A stretch of DNA of 64,000 bases from NCBI RefSeq assembly GCF_009914755.1, contig NC_060925.1; one strand, written 5' to 3'. Position 1 is the stretch's first letter. Every line of letters begins with the position of its first letter. Under the pieces are notes generated by a model. It was given only the letters and a program-made list of their open reading frames with translations, was not told where the DNA came from and searched no databases. Source of the DNA: the human T2T-CHM13v2.0 reference genome, Homo sapiens. Below, piece after piece: positions 30,497 through 46,426 of the stretch. Position numbers and translations under genes: made by a program.

Positions 30497-30606
30497 ACCC
30501 CTAAAATCGATATTTATTCTCAATTAAGTCTTGAAATTGGTTTCAAAAAGAGAATATTCTATTAGAGTTTTTAATGTATAGTTTTAACATATAGTTCTTT
30601 AGCCCC

Positions 30607-30935
<329 letters not shown>

Positions 30936-31162
30936 TGCCCCCAATTATTTAGTTTTTCTATAAACAGGGAAATTTATTTGTGTGGCCCTTAGAACTAATT
31001 TAATTTCCACTCTAATTCCTACTTATGTTTATATAATGCTTTTAGAAATTTGTATTATTCAGAAAATAAACATATACTATTGTATCTGTTGCCTACACTT
31101 AGATTTTATTGCCTGCTATATTTAAATTTTATTAGTATTTTAATTGTTTTATTAAAGAAAGA

Positions 31163-31428
31163 ATGTGCCTGTAATCTCAGCACTTTTGAGAGGCCAAGGC
31201 AGAAGGATTGCTTGAGCCCAGGAGTTTGAGACCAGACTGAGCAACACAGGGAGACCCCCATCTCTACAAAAAATAAAAAAATTCTCCAGGCCTCATGGCA
31301 CATACCTGTAGTTCTAGTTACTTGGGAGACTGGGGTGGGAGGATGCATTGAGCCCAGGAGATTGAGGCTGCAGTGAGCCATGATCAGGCCACTGTACTCC
31401 AGCTTGGACAACAGAGTGAGAGCTTGTC
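31163..31428 (+). mobile_element. 5'-truncated AluJ
   Basis: Alu body without its 5' end; tail replaced by GATA repeats. Confidence 0.85.
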
Positions 31429-31645
31429 TAGATAGATAGATAGATAGATAATCTAAATAGATAATAGACAGATTATCTAAATAGATAATAGACAGATTAT
31501 CTAAATAGATAATAGACAGATTATCTAAATAGATAATAGACAGATTATCTAAATAGATAATAGACAGATTATCTATCTAAATAGATAATAGATTATCTAA
31601 ATAGATAATAGATAGATAGATTAGATAGATAGATAGATAGATAGA
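31428..31645. repeat. GATA-derived minisatellite (five perfect 24-bp units ATCTAAATAGATAATAGACAGATT, 31451..31570) flanked by (GATA)n
   Basis: Seen directly. Confidence 0.95.
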
Positions 31646-32253
31646 GCTTGGACAACAGAGTGAGAGCCTGTCTAGATAGATAGAAACAAAGAAAGAAAGA
31701 AAGAATGGTGCTCATATTTTAAAGCATTGAAAAATGGTCTTCCTTGCTTATATTACCCACACCTTCTTTGTTGGCATTAAGATGCAAACTTTGTTTTAAA
31801 CAGTTGAGTAAATCAAAGATGGGACTGTTAAGTTATTTGTGTTATTTACCTGCTTTTTGAAAATGTAAAAATAAAACTCTAGGTTTAATTAGTAGTATGC
31901 TATTTAGTAATGAAGTAAAGCTAGAGGCTTCGAACAAATCTTGTGTAATTTCCTCTTGAATGAGAGAGAAAATTTAAAGTAAGCAAACAAATAAGTTGTG
32001 TGTCACCACTCATTCAGTCATTTAACAAGTATTTCCAGAGTACTTATTCTGTGCCAGGAAATGTTGTAGGTGCCCTCAACAACTTAGAGTCTAGCCTGAG
32101 ACACAAGTAAGTAGGTAATTATTATAGAATGGTATGATCTTTGGAGGACTGGGTATTGGCTGGCTCATGGGAGTACAAGATAGGTACCCAGTGATGAAGT
32201 CAGGAAAGGTTTCTTATGGTGATATGATGACGTCTATGCTGATTATAAGGTCA

Positions 32254-32625
<372 letters not shown>

Positions 32626-33875
32626 TCAAAGAAAGGTGAATTTTCATCTACCCTATTTCTGCTGAGGAAAATGGACTATTTTCAAATATTTTTAATAAGG
32701 GTCAAAATGAGGGATCATATTCCATTAGCGAACCATCCAACTCTGTTTTGATTTGGTTTAATGAAGATTTTGCTATATTGGAAAAGAAACATAGCCAATT
32801 AACATATAAGTTAAGATATGTTATTTTCATATGAAATAATTCACAAATTAAAGACAGTAATTTATTTGACTTAATTTTATGGCACTATTTAAAGCTGTTT
32901 GGATTATAGTGTGTATTATAAACTTGGGTGGTGGAACAACCAATATTTATTGAGCTAAGTTGCTTAAACGTCAGACACTGTTTAAATCTCACAATAATCC
33001 TGTATTAGCCTCATTATAGATGAGAAAACTGGGCCACAGAAAGGTTTAATAACTTTCCCCAGATCATATAGTAGTTGTAGTAGGACCAGGACTTAAATCC
33101 AGGCAGATGAATCTATAGCCCTCCCTGCATATTATTGGCACTACCCACTGTTTTATCAATTTACAAATGTAATACGTAATCAGAAAACTCACACATATTA
33201 CACAAGTATCTAACATGGAAGGTTAAATCCTATTTTCGTCTACTAGAAAGAATCACAGGAAAGGTTTTGATTTATTTTGGGGGTGGTTTAACACATTTAA
33301 AAATAATGATAGGATTGTGTTATCATTAGAGTCAATAGACAAATCTCTGAAAACAGAACGTTTTATTTGGGAGGAAGTAATTGCACTTTGGAGCATTCAT
33401 GCAGACCAATTGTTCGGTATGTCCACAGAAAAAGGAGAAGGTTAGCGGTCTTATAAAAAAGGAGACATATTACATATAGCTCTTCAAGAAAGTCCATTGG
33501 CACTAGATTTGGGGAGCTGTCAAGCTCTGATTGGTGAGTGATGGCAGTGGGTAACACTGGTCTTAGAGTTGCACTAGTTTCTTTCAGTAGCCCTTAGATA
33601 AAACTGGTTTCCGGTTACAGCAGGCAGTTTCAGCAGCCAGGCCTACAGAGAATTACATTTTGGGAGAAATGTTTTGTGCCCTGAGTGCTTTTCCCCTAGG
33701 CCTGTTGACTCTGTTTTAGTTGGGTATGACAAGAATGACTCAATTTTTGTAATTAATTTTACATTATACAAGTTGTTTACAATTTGATTTTTTACTTAAC
33801 AGTTTATCCTTAGGGCTTTCTGTGTCCATGAAGATATATGTACCTGATTCTTATGTGATTATACTATAAATTTAT

Positions 33876-34649
33876 AGTTGACCCTTGAACAATGCAGGTC
33901 TGAACTGCACAGGTCAACTTATGCAGACTTTTTTAAATTGTCATTTATTACCATAAAATAATACAAATCTATTATCAAAGGTTAAAATTTATCAAAACTT
34001 AGCACACAGAGACCATACATGGTACCATGCAGTTGAGAGAAATGTAAACAAAGGTAAATATGCAGTATTAAATCATAACTGCATAAAATTAACTGTGGTA
34101 CATATTGTAGTACTATTAGGTTGTGCCAAAGTAATTGCAGTTTTTGCCATTATTTTCTATATATTCAGTATACAATAATTTCATAGCCACTTCCTGTTGC
34201 TGTTACTGTGAAAAGTGTTGCAAGGCCATGTGATACTAACCATCCCCACATGAGCAGTTTGTCTCTCCAGTAAGTAAATTGCTTTTCTCAGTAAAAAGTT
34301 ATTGCTTGAGGTGCCTCCATATTTTTTCATCATCTTTAATGCAATATGGAAACCCATAAGAAGTGCCACTAGTGATCCTGGAAGTGCTCCCGAGAATTCC
34401 TTGATACATATTGTAAATTGAGGTCTGCAACTGCAATTACCTGCCATTTCAGATAGATGATTCTTCTTGTAAATAGACAGTGTTAATACATATACAAAAT
34501 ATGTTAATCAGCTCTTTTTATTAGTAAGGCTTATAGTCAGTGGTAGGCTATTAGTAGTTAAGTTTTGGGAGACTCAAAAGTTATCCTCGGATTTTAGACC
34601 ACATGGGGGTTGGCACCCCTAGACCCCATGTTGTTCAAAGGTCAACTGT
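33876..34649. mobile_element. Tigger2b-like DNA transposon with a nested MADE1/Hsmar1-TIR fragment (34116..34156)
   Basis: TIRs AGTTGACCCTTGAACA ... TGTTCAAAGGTCAACTG with TA flanks. Confidence 0.8.
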
Positions 34650-34767
34650 ATTTAGGTGTTCTCCACATGATGCACACTTGGTACATTTCAGTTTTCACTA
34701 TATAAAAAAAGTTTTGTTTTTTTTTTTGTAAAGCGAAAGCAAGTTTATTAAGAAAGTAAAGGAATAA

Positions 34768-35125
<358 letters not shown>

Positions 35126-37406
35126 TTATGGCCATTTCCTGATTTATATGCTAAACAAGGGGTAGATTATTCCCTTTCTGGGAAAGGGGTGGGCAATTCC
35201 CAGAACTAAGGGTTTCTCCCCTTTGTAGATCATATAGGGTAACTTCTGGTTGTTGCCAGGGTATTTGTAAACTGTGATGGAACTGATGGGAGTATCTTTT
35301 ATCATGCTAATGCATTATAATTAGTGTATAGTGAGCAGTGAGGACAACCAGAAGTCACTTTTGTCACCATCTTAGATTTGGTGGGTTTTGGCCAGCTTCT
35401 CTACTGCATGCTGTTTTATCAGCAAGGTCTTTGTGACCTGTCTTGTGCTGACCTCCTATCTCATCCTGTGACTTAGGATGCCTAACCTGGAAATGCAGTC
35501 CTGTAGGTCTTGTCCTCATTTTACTCAGCCCCTTTTCAAGATGGAGTCCTCTGGTTAAAACACCTCTGACATATTTCCCTCCTCCCTTTTATAAGGGAAC
35601 CCTTAATCCTAAGGGTTGTAGAGGGACAAATAGACATCTTCTATAACTTCTTCGGGCTGAATAGGGATGATGATATTCCTGCCTAACTATTGGGGTCTCT
35701 TATATTTGGGGTAGAGAGGAGATCAGTCAGAAAGTGTCAGTATGATGAGGGCCATTCATAACTCTCAATTCCAAAAAAAGATGATATCTGGAAGATTAGT
35801 AAGTGTTCGATTTAATAAAACATTCAGTAATTCATATTCCTACACAGAATTATCTTGTATTCCTACACAGAGAACAACAGCAGTATATTCTACAACAGTA
35901 AAGCAAAATAAGTAAAATTATCCCAAGTAAACTAAATAAGAAGGCTTTCCATGAACGGGCAACTGTTGGAAACCAAGCTGATTCCAGTATGGGCCCAGAA
36001 TTAGAATACTGATCCAGATTTTCACATTACCATCTCTCTTGTTTCTTCTGAGCAGCAGCCAGAGATCACTGGTTGGTTCACAGGAATAAGCAGGGTTAGT
36101 CTAAATTGCAGAAAAAACCCTCAAGAACAACTGATGAGAAAAACACTCAAAAACACCTAATAACAAGTGTACCATAGTTTTTGAAACATAATTTTTTTCT
36201 CTCTCCAGTCTCCCATTTTTACTAAAGGCAAATCATGATAAGACTGATTTGCTTTTTTATACTTGGTCTGATTATCTGTATAAAGTACAGCAAGAATAAT
36301 TATTTTTCACATGGGCTTTTTAAAATTGGCTTTGATGGAACTCTGTTTCATAAGGAAACTCAGATAAGACTTTTTAAAATATGAATTGGGTAAATTCCTT
36401 TCCTCTTGAGGTCCCAAGATAACTTGGGGCTCCTGGGCCTGTCAGAAAGTGACATTCTTTATTTACCACAGGTAAGGAACCCTGTACAGGGACTGCATAA
36501 ACAAGGTATGAGGCAAGTTTTCCCAAGGGCCTTTATTGGCTTTATAAGTCAAGTTTGATTCCTTAAAGGAAAGCACACTATTCCAGCCAAAGCCTTGGTA
36601 AAATAACCAGTTTCTCCAGTTGTGTCCTGTTGCAAAAGAAAACATTCGTATTGCACTTATGCAAATAACTATATTGCTGTAAGTTAAGAATATTCATAAA
36701 TAGGTTCCAAATTCTGGAGAAATCAGAAACAAATATGCTCCAAATTTTATTCACAGTGATATACTTTACTCAATTGTTAAACAGCTCAAAGAAAAGCTCA
36801 CAACAGCTCAAAAGAAGTTTTCTTGACTCTGAAAAATAAAACAAAGAATCAGCAACATTTTAAACAAAAAGTAAAAAAAAAAAAATTACTTCAGTCTTCT
36901 GTTAGTTCAGTCCATGTAGTTAATGCTTGCCCTGTTTGATATCCACGAACACTCCATCTCTTCATGAGAGTCCTGAAAATTTCTTTCCTCTATTTTAATG
37001 TCACAATTGCCAAAGTTATCAGAAACCTGCATTGAAAAGCACCTGTCAAAGTCCTGTAGCTGATTAAAAATCAACTTTTGATTAAAAGAAGACAACAATT
37101 GTCTGTGGATGACAAAAAGCCTTAGGGCAGCCTCTGTTAAAGCCATAATTGACTGGGGATTTTGGTTACTTCTGTGGCAGATAACAATTTTATATAACAA
37201 TTATAGTATACATTAAGTCATATCAGAATTATAGTTGTTTCCCATAATTTTGGAACACATGCCAATAACATATTTATACAAATATAGCCCAAAGAAAGCC
37301 AAACATCATTTTATATTTGACTATGCTTCCTGTATGATTTTTATACCAAAAAAGCCAAGTTTCACCTTTGCACTAGTGTCCTATTGATGTTAACCCCAAT
37401 TCTTAA

Positions 37407-37520
37407 TAAAACTGTATAGACAAATCTATCTAATTTTAATCAGTATAAAATGTAATCAGTATAAAACTGTATAGACAAATCTATCTAATTTTAATCAGTA
37501 TAAAATTTAATCAGTATAAA
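37407..37520. repeat. ~55-bp tandem duplication with TAATCAGTATAAAA subunits inside MER41-int
   Basis: AAAACTGTATAGACAAATCTATCTAATTTTAATCAGTATAAAA repeated. Confidence 0.85.
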
Positions 37521-38431
37521 ATCTAACTTTAATCAATATAACCATAAGGTAAGATTCTCATAAACTATTTACAACTCTTTACAATTTTTGTTAAAGAGTA
37601 GATTATTGCTCTCAGGAAATCCTGTTGTGATTTTTTCCAGTGTTCAATTTATGGAAAAACTGAATAATGCCCCTTTAACTTTAGCCAATATGTTCACACA
37701 GATTTTTTTTTTTTGCAAGATTAATTTTTTACAAATGTTGTACAACTTGCTCAAACCTTCAGCGTTATCCTATTTAACTTAAAACAATCCTATCCCCCTT
37801 TAATCTAGGTCAAAAATCCACATTCCCATGCTTTCTTATAATCTTTTACCAAAAACACATTTCACTTTCCTTACATACCTGTAATGTAAAACTGTTTCTT
37901 CAGTAGTCTTCAATTACATGTTACAATGTTAACTCTTAGCAACTTTTACTTATGGTGGAAAACCTTGGTAAGTAAGGAATTCTAATTATGTACTAGGTAT
38001 GGAGCCTAGGACACAGAACAGAAGTGTAGGTAAGGTCTGACTCTTTCTAGCATAGCTGGGGGGCATGGCTAACACCACATGTCCCCAGGCCTTACCTAGA
38101 ATCTGCTCCAAAGTTAAACAGTTTTCAAAAGTCAAAGAAGCAGTTTATGACCTTAAAGCATTTAGCAAACCTAATATCTAACCTGCCTAATTTAAACCAC
38201 GTCTTTATTTTGAAGATATTTTAATTTTACCAATAATCTTTAAAACTGTATTTCCCAGAAATTACTTAAGTCACATGAACTAAAAGGCATTCCACTTTTT
38301 ACTTTTCTGACAAAATATTTAAGTGTTCATTATTTTTAAACCAGTTATCAAGCTCTTTTATATTTCATACACAATACATATAAATATACAGAAGAAGAGA
38401 TCCAGTAGTTATTAGATTTTTCATTTGCCAG

Positions 38432-38735
38432 TTTTATTTATTTATTTATTTATTTTGAGACAGAGTCTTGCTCTGTTGCCCATGCTGGAGTACAATGGCA
38501 TGATCTTAGCTCACTGCAACCTCCGCTTCCTGGGTTCAAGTGATTCTCTTGCCTCAGCCTCCCAAGTAGCTGGGATTACAAGCATGAGCCACCACACCTG
38601 GCTAATTTTTGTGTTTTTAGTAGAGACAGGGTTTCGCCATGTTGGCCAGGCTGGTCTTGAACTCCTGACCCCAGGTGATCTGCCTGCCTCAGCCTCCCAA
38701 AGTGCTGGGATTACAGGTGAGCCATCACCCCTGGC
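38432..38735 (-). mobile_element. AluS inside MER41-int
   Basis: TSD CATTTGCCAGTTT. Confidence 0.92.
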
Positions 38736-41429
38736 TCATTTGCCAGTTTCTTAATTGGATTACTGGCTTTAGGGTAGAGCCCTTGGAGGAACAGGGCCAG
38801 GAAAGCATGCGGTTTCTACAGCCTAATAAGCAGGCACAGTTGGAACGCAAAATAGATCCGCCAAAATTAAGTGTCCCATTTGTATACTGGATCCTGGATT
38901 CCCAAAAGAGAAACACTATAGAAAAAGGCAGTCCAATGATTTTACCATGCATTTCATTGCAAAGTAACCCAAAGCCAATCAGTCTATTCTGTGATCAGCC
39001 CATCACTCATGGGAGTTGTATCTCTCAATGGGGGTTGAGGGGAAGGTGGGGACATCCCCATACCTTCTAAGTGGCCAAGAGCATGCTTCTGATCCAAATG
39101 TGCAAAGATCTTGAGTATCCCCCTCGTGCCATTAGTTATCCCCAAAAGTATATTTCCTACCTAGTTATATACCAAAGCTCTGTGAAGTAATTTATGATAC
39201 CTCCAAAGTGAAAAACATCAGATAATGCAATGCAAAGCAGAACAGAACAGAGCCTTAGATTTTGAGAGGGATCTATCCACTTTTAATTCTTGGGGTTCCA
39301 TGAGGAAAATAGAGGTTTTCACTAAAAAAGGATCTGTGGTGCCCCCTCTGTTTTCCGATGGAGTCCCAGGCTGTTAGAGCTTGAATGTCTACTTTGAATT
39401 AAGCTGACTTTTAACCACAGCACTTTTTAAAACGTCCTTTTAAATCCCCTATTACCGACTTTAGCCATGCCAAAGTGCGGATATTTCTGGCTTTTGAACG
39501 TTACCAAAGGTAACCTTCCAGGTGCTCAGAGAAAGAAAAATTCAAGACAGTTCATGGAGGGGAAGAGAATCAACAAATGGTAAAGGTCACACAGATATCA
39601 ACCAGAAAGTACTCATTGCCTTTGCCAGATTGAACCCGGGCCGCCAGCCATTGTAAAATGGCAAAGCCTTAGCTGCTGAACTCCAGCACTAGGCAATTTC
39701 CATTGTTCTTTCCAGAAGGAGCCCAGAGCAGCCAATTTTGAGCTTGCAAAGGCTCAAGGTAATTTTTAGAGCTAATTAAAACATGAACCCCCAAATTCCT
39801 GTCCTCTGGATGGTAGAGACAAAGAGCAAGTACTGCCATGTGGTTACAAGGTCAAGCTCCTAAGGACATTTTTCAACATGTGGTCTCTGGGCAAGATGAA
39901 AGAGTGGACAGTTGATCTGAGTAACAGAAAAGATAAGAAAGGGAAAGGAGAGAATGGGAGAAAAGCATTGCCTGTGGCAGGGTGGGGAAGGTGAGGAGCT
40001 CAGGGAGGCCTGAGAAAGACCCCTCCATTGCAGTGACACTGAATCAAGTTCAGGCAGCACTTGTCTGTAGTGAAGGGACCTTTTTCAGCAGTCCCATCAG
40101 CTCAAGTTTCCCCTTTTGGGGAGGATAAAAGCTCCCCACGTCCCATGATTCTGTACATGCCTAATCCTGTCACCCACAGCCGTCAGCAGGAGTGCAAGGC
40201 CAAGTAATCCAAAGAGAATAGCAGTTAACATCCCGTAGTGCCAAACCAGTTCTTAGCCAAGAGGGACTTTACTGAGGGGGATCTCTAACCCCCTAAATCT
40301 TAAGAAGGAGTCTAATTTTCCTAAGTTGGGCCGCAAACCAAAGTTCAGTCAAGCATCTTTTCCTTTTATTAAGAGGGGCGTTTAAACCCACCCTGTCTTA
40401 GGAGAGACTCTAACTCCCGTAAGTTAGGCCTCTAACCCAATCCTCTTCGTCACCTGGGTACCCCACTACTTAACGAAAGTTGACTAATTGGTGCTGCAGT
40501 CTGCTTTTTGGGGCTGGAGGTTTCCTCAGTATTGTCCCTACAGGGTTTGCCAGGAAGTTATTACTGGAAAGGGGTCCTGATCCAGACCCCAAAAGAGGTC
40601 TGGATCTTGTGCAAGAAAGAATTCAAGGTGAATCCATAGAGTAAAATGAAAGCAAGTTTATGAAGAAAGTAAAGGAATAAAGAATGGCTACTCCATAGGC
40701 AGAGCAGCCAAATATGTCACATTGCATACCTATGCTAGTATTTCTATAGACTGTATTTCCAGAAATTGAATTGCTACTCAATTAAGGTGTTTTAACATTT
40801 CAACTTTTAATAATAATGTATTATTTTATGCTCCCACCAATGGTAAAAGAAAGTGCTTGTTAACTTACTTCCTTACTAGTGCAGGGATATTATCAGTCTT
40901 TTTAATCTTTGCTAATCAAATAACCCTCAAACCTCCCCCTTCCCGAAATATATATAATTAGGTTATAATTTGGATATTTTTCAGTAGCAGTTTGTTTTGT
41001 CTTTTTTGTGTAATGTGTTTTTATGTCTTTACCTGTTTTCTTTTATATATCATTCTTTCTTTGATTTGTAAGACCTTTTTCTTTTGACCATCCGTTAAAT
41101 TGATCCCCATGTAACAAAGAATAAGGTATTTAAATTTCTTTCACTTTCAGATCAACTGAGAAGGATCACCTCTTTTGCTATCGTAGGTTAAGATTTCTTT
41201 TCTTTTCAGTAATGTAGAATTTAATTTAATACCTCTGTTGTCATTTGTTATTTGTATCGCACCTAATAATTCAAAGAGGAGTTATATTTTCTCGGAAAAA
41301 TTTTATACTGTGTTTAAGAGGGGTTTTTTTTGTTTTTGTTTTTAGAAAATATTGTCTCATTTGTAAGCTTAGCTAATTTTATATTCTTTTCTTATTTATT
41401 ATGCTTTCTTATTTCCCTTTTTGGATCAG

Positions 41430-41510
41430 GATAATGCTGACTACAGATTATTTCAGAAAACACTCAAATTGTGTCGTTTTTTTGCCAACTCCCTTTTGCA
41501 CTACGCTAAG
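41430..41510 (+). CDS. FIRRM: FIRRM exon 9: DNADYRLFQKTLKLCRFFANSLLHYAK
   Basis: ATCAG / AAG|GTAAGG, 81 nt. Confidence 0.95.
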
Positions 41511-42242
41511 GTAAGGCTTTATTATACGTTACTTTATTTAATTGTAGTTCTCTCAGAAAACGAATTATTATCCCTATTCCACAGAATAGAAATTTCAAGC
41601 TCAGATAGCATATAACTTGATCAAGTCACATATCTAGAAACCGGTAAGGCTGGGATTTAAGTACAGGTGTGATTTCTTTATCATTTATGGTTAGACTATG
41701 TCTTAGAAAGTAAAAAAAAAATAGTTTTTATTGTATTATAAGATATAGGAAAAAGCTGATGGTCATTTAAAAATTTTTAAAGATTCCCCTGATAGAATTG
41801 ATTTTTTCAGAAAGACAAGCAGCATAGTTAGAGAAAACTTTGCTTCCCTACACACCAAGTAAATATCAGATGGGTAACAACTACCCGTCAAGTGCCATTG
41901 GTACATTTCCCACAATGTGTCTTTGCCACTGGAATACAAACCCTGCAAGCTGCAGGGAACCCAGTGTAAGAAGCAGCCAACTACTCTTAAATGGCAGCTG
42001 CCCAGAAAGACCAATTTGGATGGCAGTGTATCAGTAGCCAGGGTACCAGCCATGGCATTCTGACTATAATAAATCGTCATTGGAAACCCTTATCTTTCGT
42101 CAAAAACAGAAGACTAGGTCAAAAACAAATTGAACATGGACAATAGTTTTTTTAAAAACCACTAATATCTTTTACTAATAATGTTTTGTTCACTGGCTGC
42201 TGTAAGCATTCTCTGCTCATCTTTGCAAATAATCTGCCTTGA

Positions 42243-42614
<372 letters not shown>

Positions 42615-42719
42615 TAAAATTATGACACAGTTTTTAACGTTTGAACATTGTGGTTAAATAGAACAATGAGTTTTTTAGCCTCATCCTCCTTTCATTCTCA
42701 TGTTAAGAATTTTTTTTTA

Positions 42720-43020
<301 letters not shown>

Positions 43021-43158
43021 AAAAGAAAGAAAAACAAATAATTTTTTTAAAAGGGGTCACATTCAGGATTTTATGTTATTTTGCATACCTTTGTGAGATT
43101 ATATGTACTAAAGAGACATATTTTTATGCAAAGAATGAATAGAGTTGTTTTATTTTAG

Positions 43159-43223
43159 GAATTTCTTCCTTTCCTCTCTGATTCTTGCTGTACTTTGCAC
43201 CAACTGTATCTTCAGATACACAG
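43159..43223 (+). CDS. FIRRM: FIRRM exon 10: EFLPFLSDSCCTLHQLYLQIH(S)
   Basis: TTTTAG / CAG|GTAAGA, 65 nt. Confidence 0.95.
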
Positions 43224-43829
43224 GTAAGAAGAATGCCATATGATTATTAAGATACAACAATGCCATCTGTGCCATGCAGTGCTTAAGTACCTACCATTTT
43301 ATGATAAAACAGAATAATTTTTCTTAATGTTTTAGTAATTTTTATCTGCTAGCTTGAAATAATTGGAGATAGAGGCTTTTGAAAGATACATTCCACATGA
43401 GTTATGCTTATCTTTGTATTTTATTAGTACCTTATACAGGAGTAATAATTAGTAGGTGATAAAATCCAATGGCAAATATAAATATATATATACACAAATA
43501 TACGTATACCTTTATTTTTCTATTGGCATTTTTTAATCTTTATTTTTATTTTGTTTCTATGAAGTTTAAGTCACTTAGCCTCCATTTAAATTTACATTTT
43601 GATACCTTTCTGTAATTCACTTTACAGGACAGTCTTTTTTCTGAAACCATCTCAGAAAAGAACTGAATTACAGAAAGGTATCAAAATTTAGATGGGGGCT
43701 AAGTGACTTCTAAAATTGATGGTTTCCTCCAAAGAGCCCTAAATTTGACACAAAGTGAGTTCATTTATCCAGCAGTCCTGTTGCAGCTTCATAATTCATT
43801 TAGTGTCCCAGACAACTTTTTCACACCTT

Positions 43830-45300
43830 TCCTTCCTCAAACTTCCTGTATCTTCCAACACCTTCCCAATTCCTCACTGTCAATGACCTCACTTCCTGTG
43901 TCACTGAGGAAAAATGGAAGCAATTAAGAGAGCTGCTGTATGTTTCCTCTAACACATCTACTATTCTATGTGTATCTAGACCCATATATTCATTCCCTCA
44001 CTCCCATGAGTGAACTGTGCCCCTAAGACTAGCCTCTCCATTGTGCATTGGATTTCATCCTCTCTCACAGGCTCAGTGACCTTGCACCAGCAATTATTCC
44101 CTTTCCCTCTTGCATCATCAGCCTTTCCTCCATACTGGGTCACTCTCATGAGTATACAAATATGCTGTTATTTTTCCCATCTTAACAATACAAAACAAAA
44201 TCTCTTGACTCTACGTCCTCCTACAAATACCGTCTCGTTTCTCTGCCTTTCTTTACAGCAAAATTTCTAGAAAGAGTTGTCTATACCCCTGTCTCAACTC
44301 TTTCTTGAATCTAGTCCAATCAGGCTTTCTGTACCAACACTTCATCAAAATAGTTCTTGTTAAGGTCATCAGTGACCACCACATTGCTGCATCCAGTAGT
44401 CAATTATAGTCCTTCTGTAACCTGTCAGTAGCACTTGATCCTCTTTTTTGAACACTTTGTTCTGTTGGTTTCTAGGGCATGTCTCACTCTTGGTTCTCTT
44501 CTAGTCTTACTAGCTGCTCCTTCTCAGCCTCCTTAGCAGGTTTCTCTTCTAAGTTAAGTGTGTCCCAGCACTTACTCCTCAGGCCTGTTATCTGTCTATT
44601 ATCATTTAGTCTCAAGACTTTAAGTTTATGTCTCTTTTAATGTTTAACTACTAGTCAGGACATCTATACTAAATTGTCCCAAACTGAACTCTTGATTTCC
44701 ACCCATATCATCCTCATACCCAACAAAATCTGTTCCTTTTGTAACTTCTTTATTTCAGTTTAAGTGGCAGTTCTTCAAATTGATCAGGCCAAAAAACCTT
44801 GCCCTATTAACATGTTCTGTCAATGTTACCTTCAGTGCACACACGCACACGTACACGCACTTCTCATCACCTGAACTGCTACCATCTGATCTGACCCCCT
44901 ATTATTTTCTTGCCTGGATTTTGCAAAAAACTTTCTATCTTTGCCTCGCGCTAGTTTGTTCTCCACAAGGTAGCCAAAGTAAATGATAAAATACATAAAT
45001 CAGATGATGTGACTTCTCTGCTCAACCCCTCAAAATGACTTTCATCAATGGAACTTCTTGTCTTTCTTTCCTTGTTTTATTTTTCTTCTTTACAGCATTG
45101 AATTAACCTCTGCTATATTATGTATTTACTTGTACACTTGTCTGTTAACTGTCCCCTTTCATTAGAATTGTAAACTATAAAGACAGTGACTTTGTATATT
45201 CTCTTTATTACTGTATCACCCACTCGTGGAACAGTGCATGGCATGTATACATAGGCACTTAGTAAACATATGTCAAATTAATTTAAAAATAGTTGATTGA
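43830..45300 (+). mobile_element. L2 fragment(s)
   Basis: CCAATCAGGCTTTC...GTTAAGGTCATCAGTGACC; 3' end GAACAGTGCATGGCATG...TAGGCACTTAGTAAACAT. Confidence 0.6.
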
Positions 45301-45825
45301 AAAAATAAATTCTTGCAATGATGCTCAGTAGATGTAATTCAAGTCTGTGGAATTTCATTACTATGTTTTATTTGTATATGTCTTTTATTTACTTATAATT
45401 TAATCCTCACAGTAACTCAGAATCAATGTCACAAATGATGAAACTGAGTCTCAGGGAGGGCAAATGAATGAACCAAAGTCATGTAACTAATTGACAGATT
45501 GGTGCTTTTTCCATCACTCTACAAAAACCTCAAGTGTTTATCTTAAGTGCATACTTTAAAATGCTGTTATCCTCTGCTAGACAGAGTTTTCTCATGTATT
45601 GTCAAGTTTACAATTAATGTGGCAAAAAATATAGAATACATATCTTAGTTCACATAAGTTTTGATTGAAGTTCAGTTTAAAATCCAGTTACTGAGACATT
45701 TTCATGAAATAATCTTTCCATTCTTCAGTGTTAGTATACAGTTTATTTCTTGTAAAGCTCTTGCTTCTGAGAAACTGAGTATTAATTCATAGTAAATTCA
45801 GCATTCTGCCTATTTTAAAACAACT

Positions 45826-46426
<601 letters not shown>

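Noticed and set aside
31451-31570. Regular 24-bp repeats resembling a CRISPR array
   Set aside because: Head-to-tail with no spacers, GATA-derived, and in a human context.
39624-39686. Functional tRNA gene
   Set aside because: No intact acceptor stem and a degenerate anticodon loop; kept only as a relic finding.
35590-40530. Possible gag/pol/env in the ERV interior
   Set aside because: No long ORF or recognisable retroviral motif in the track, consistent with non-autonomous MER41-int.
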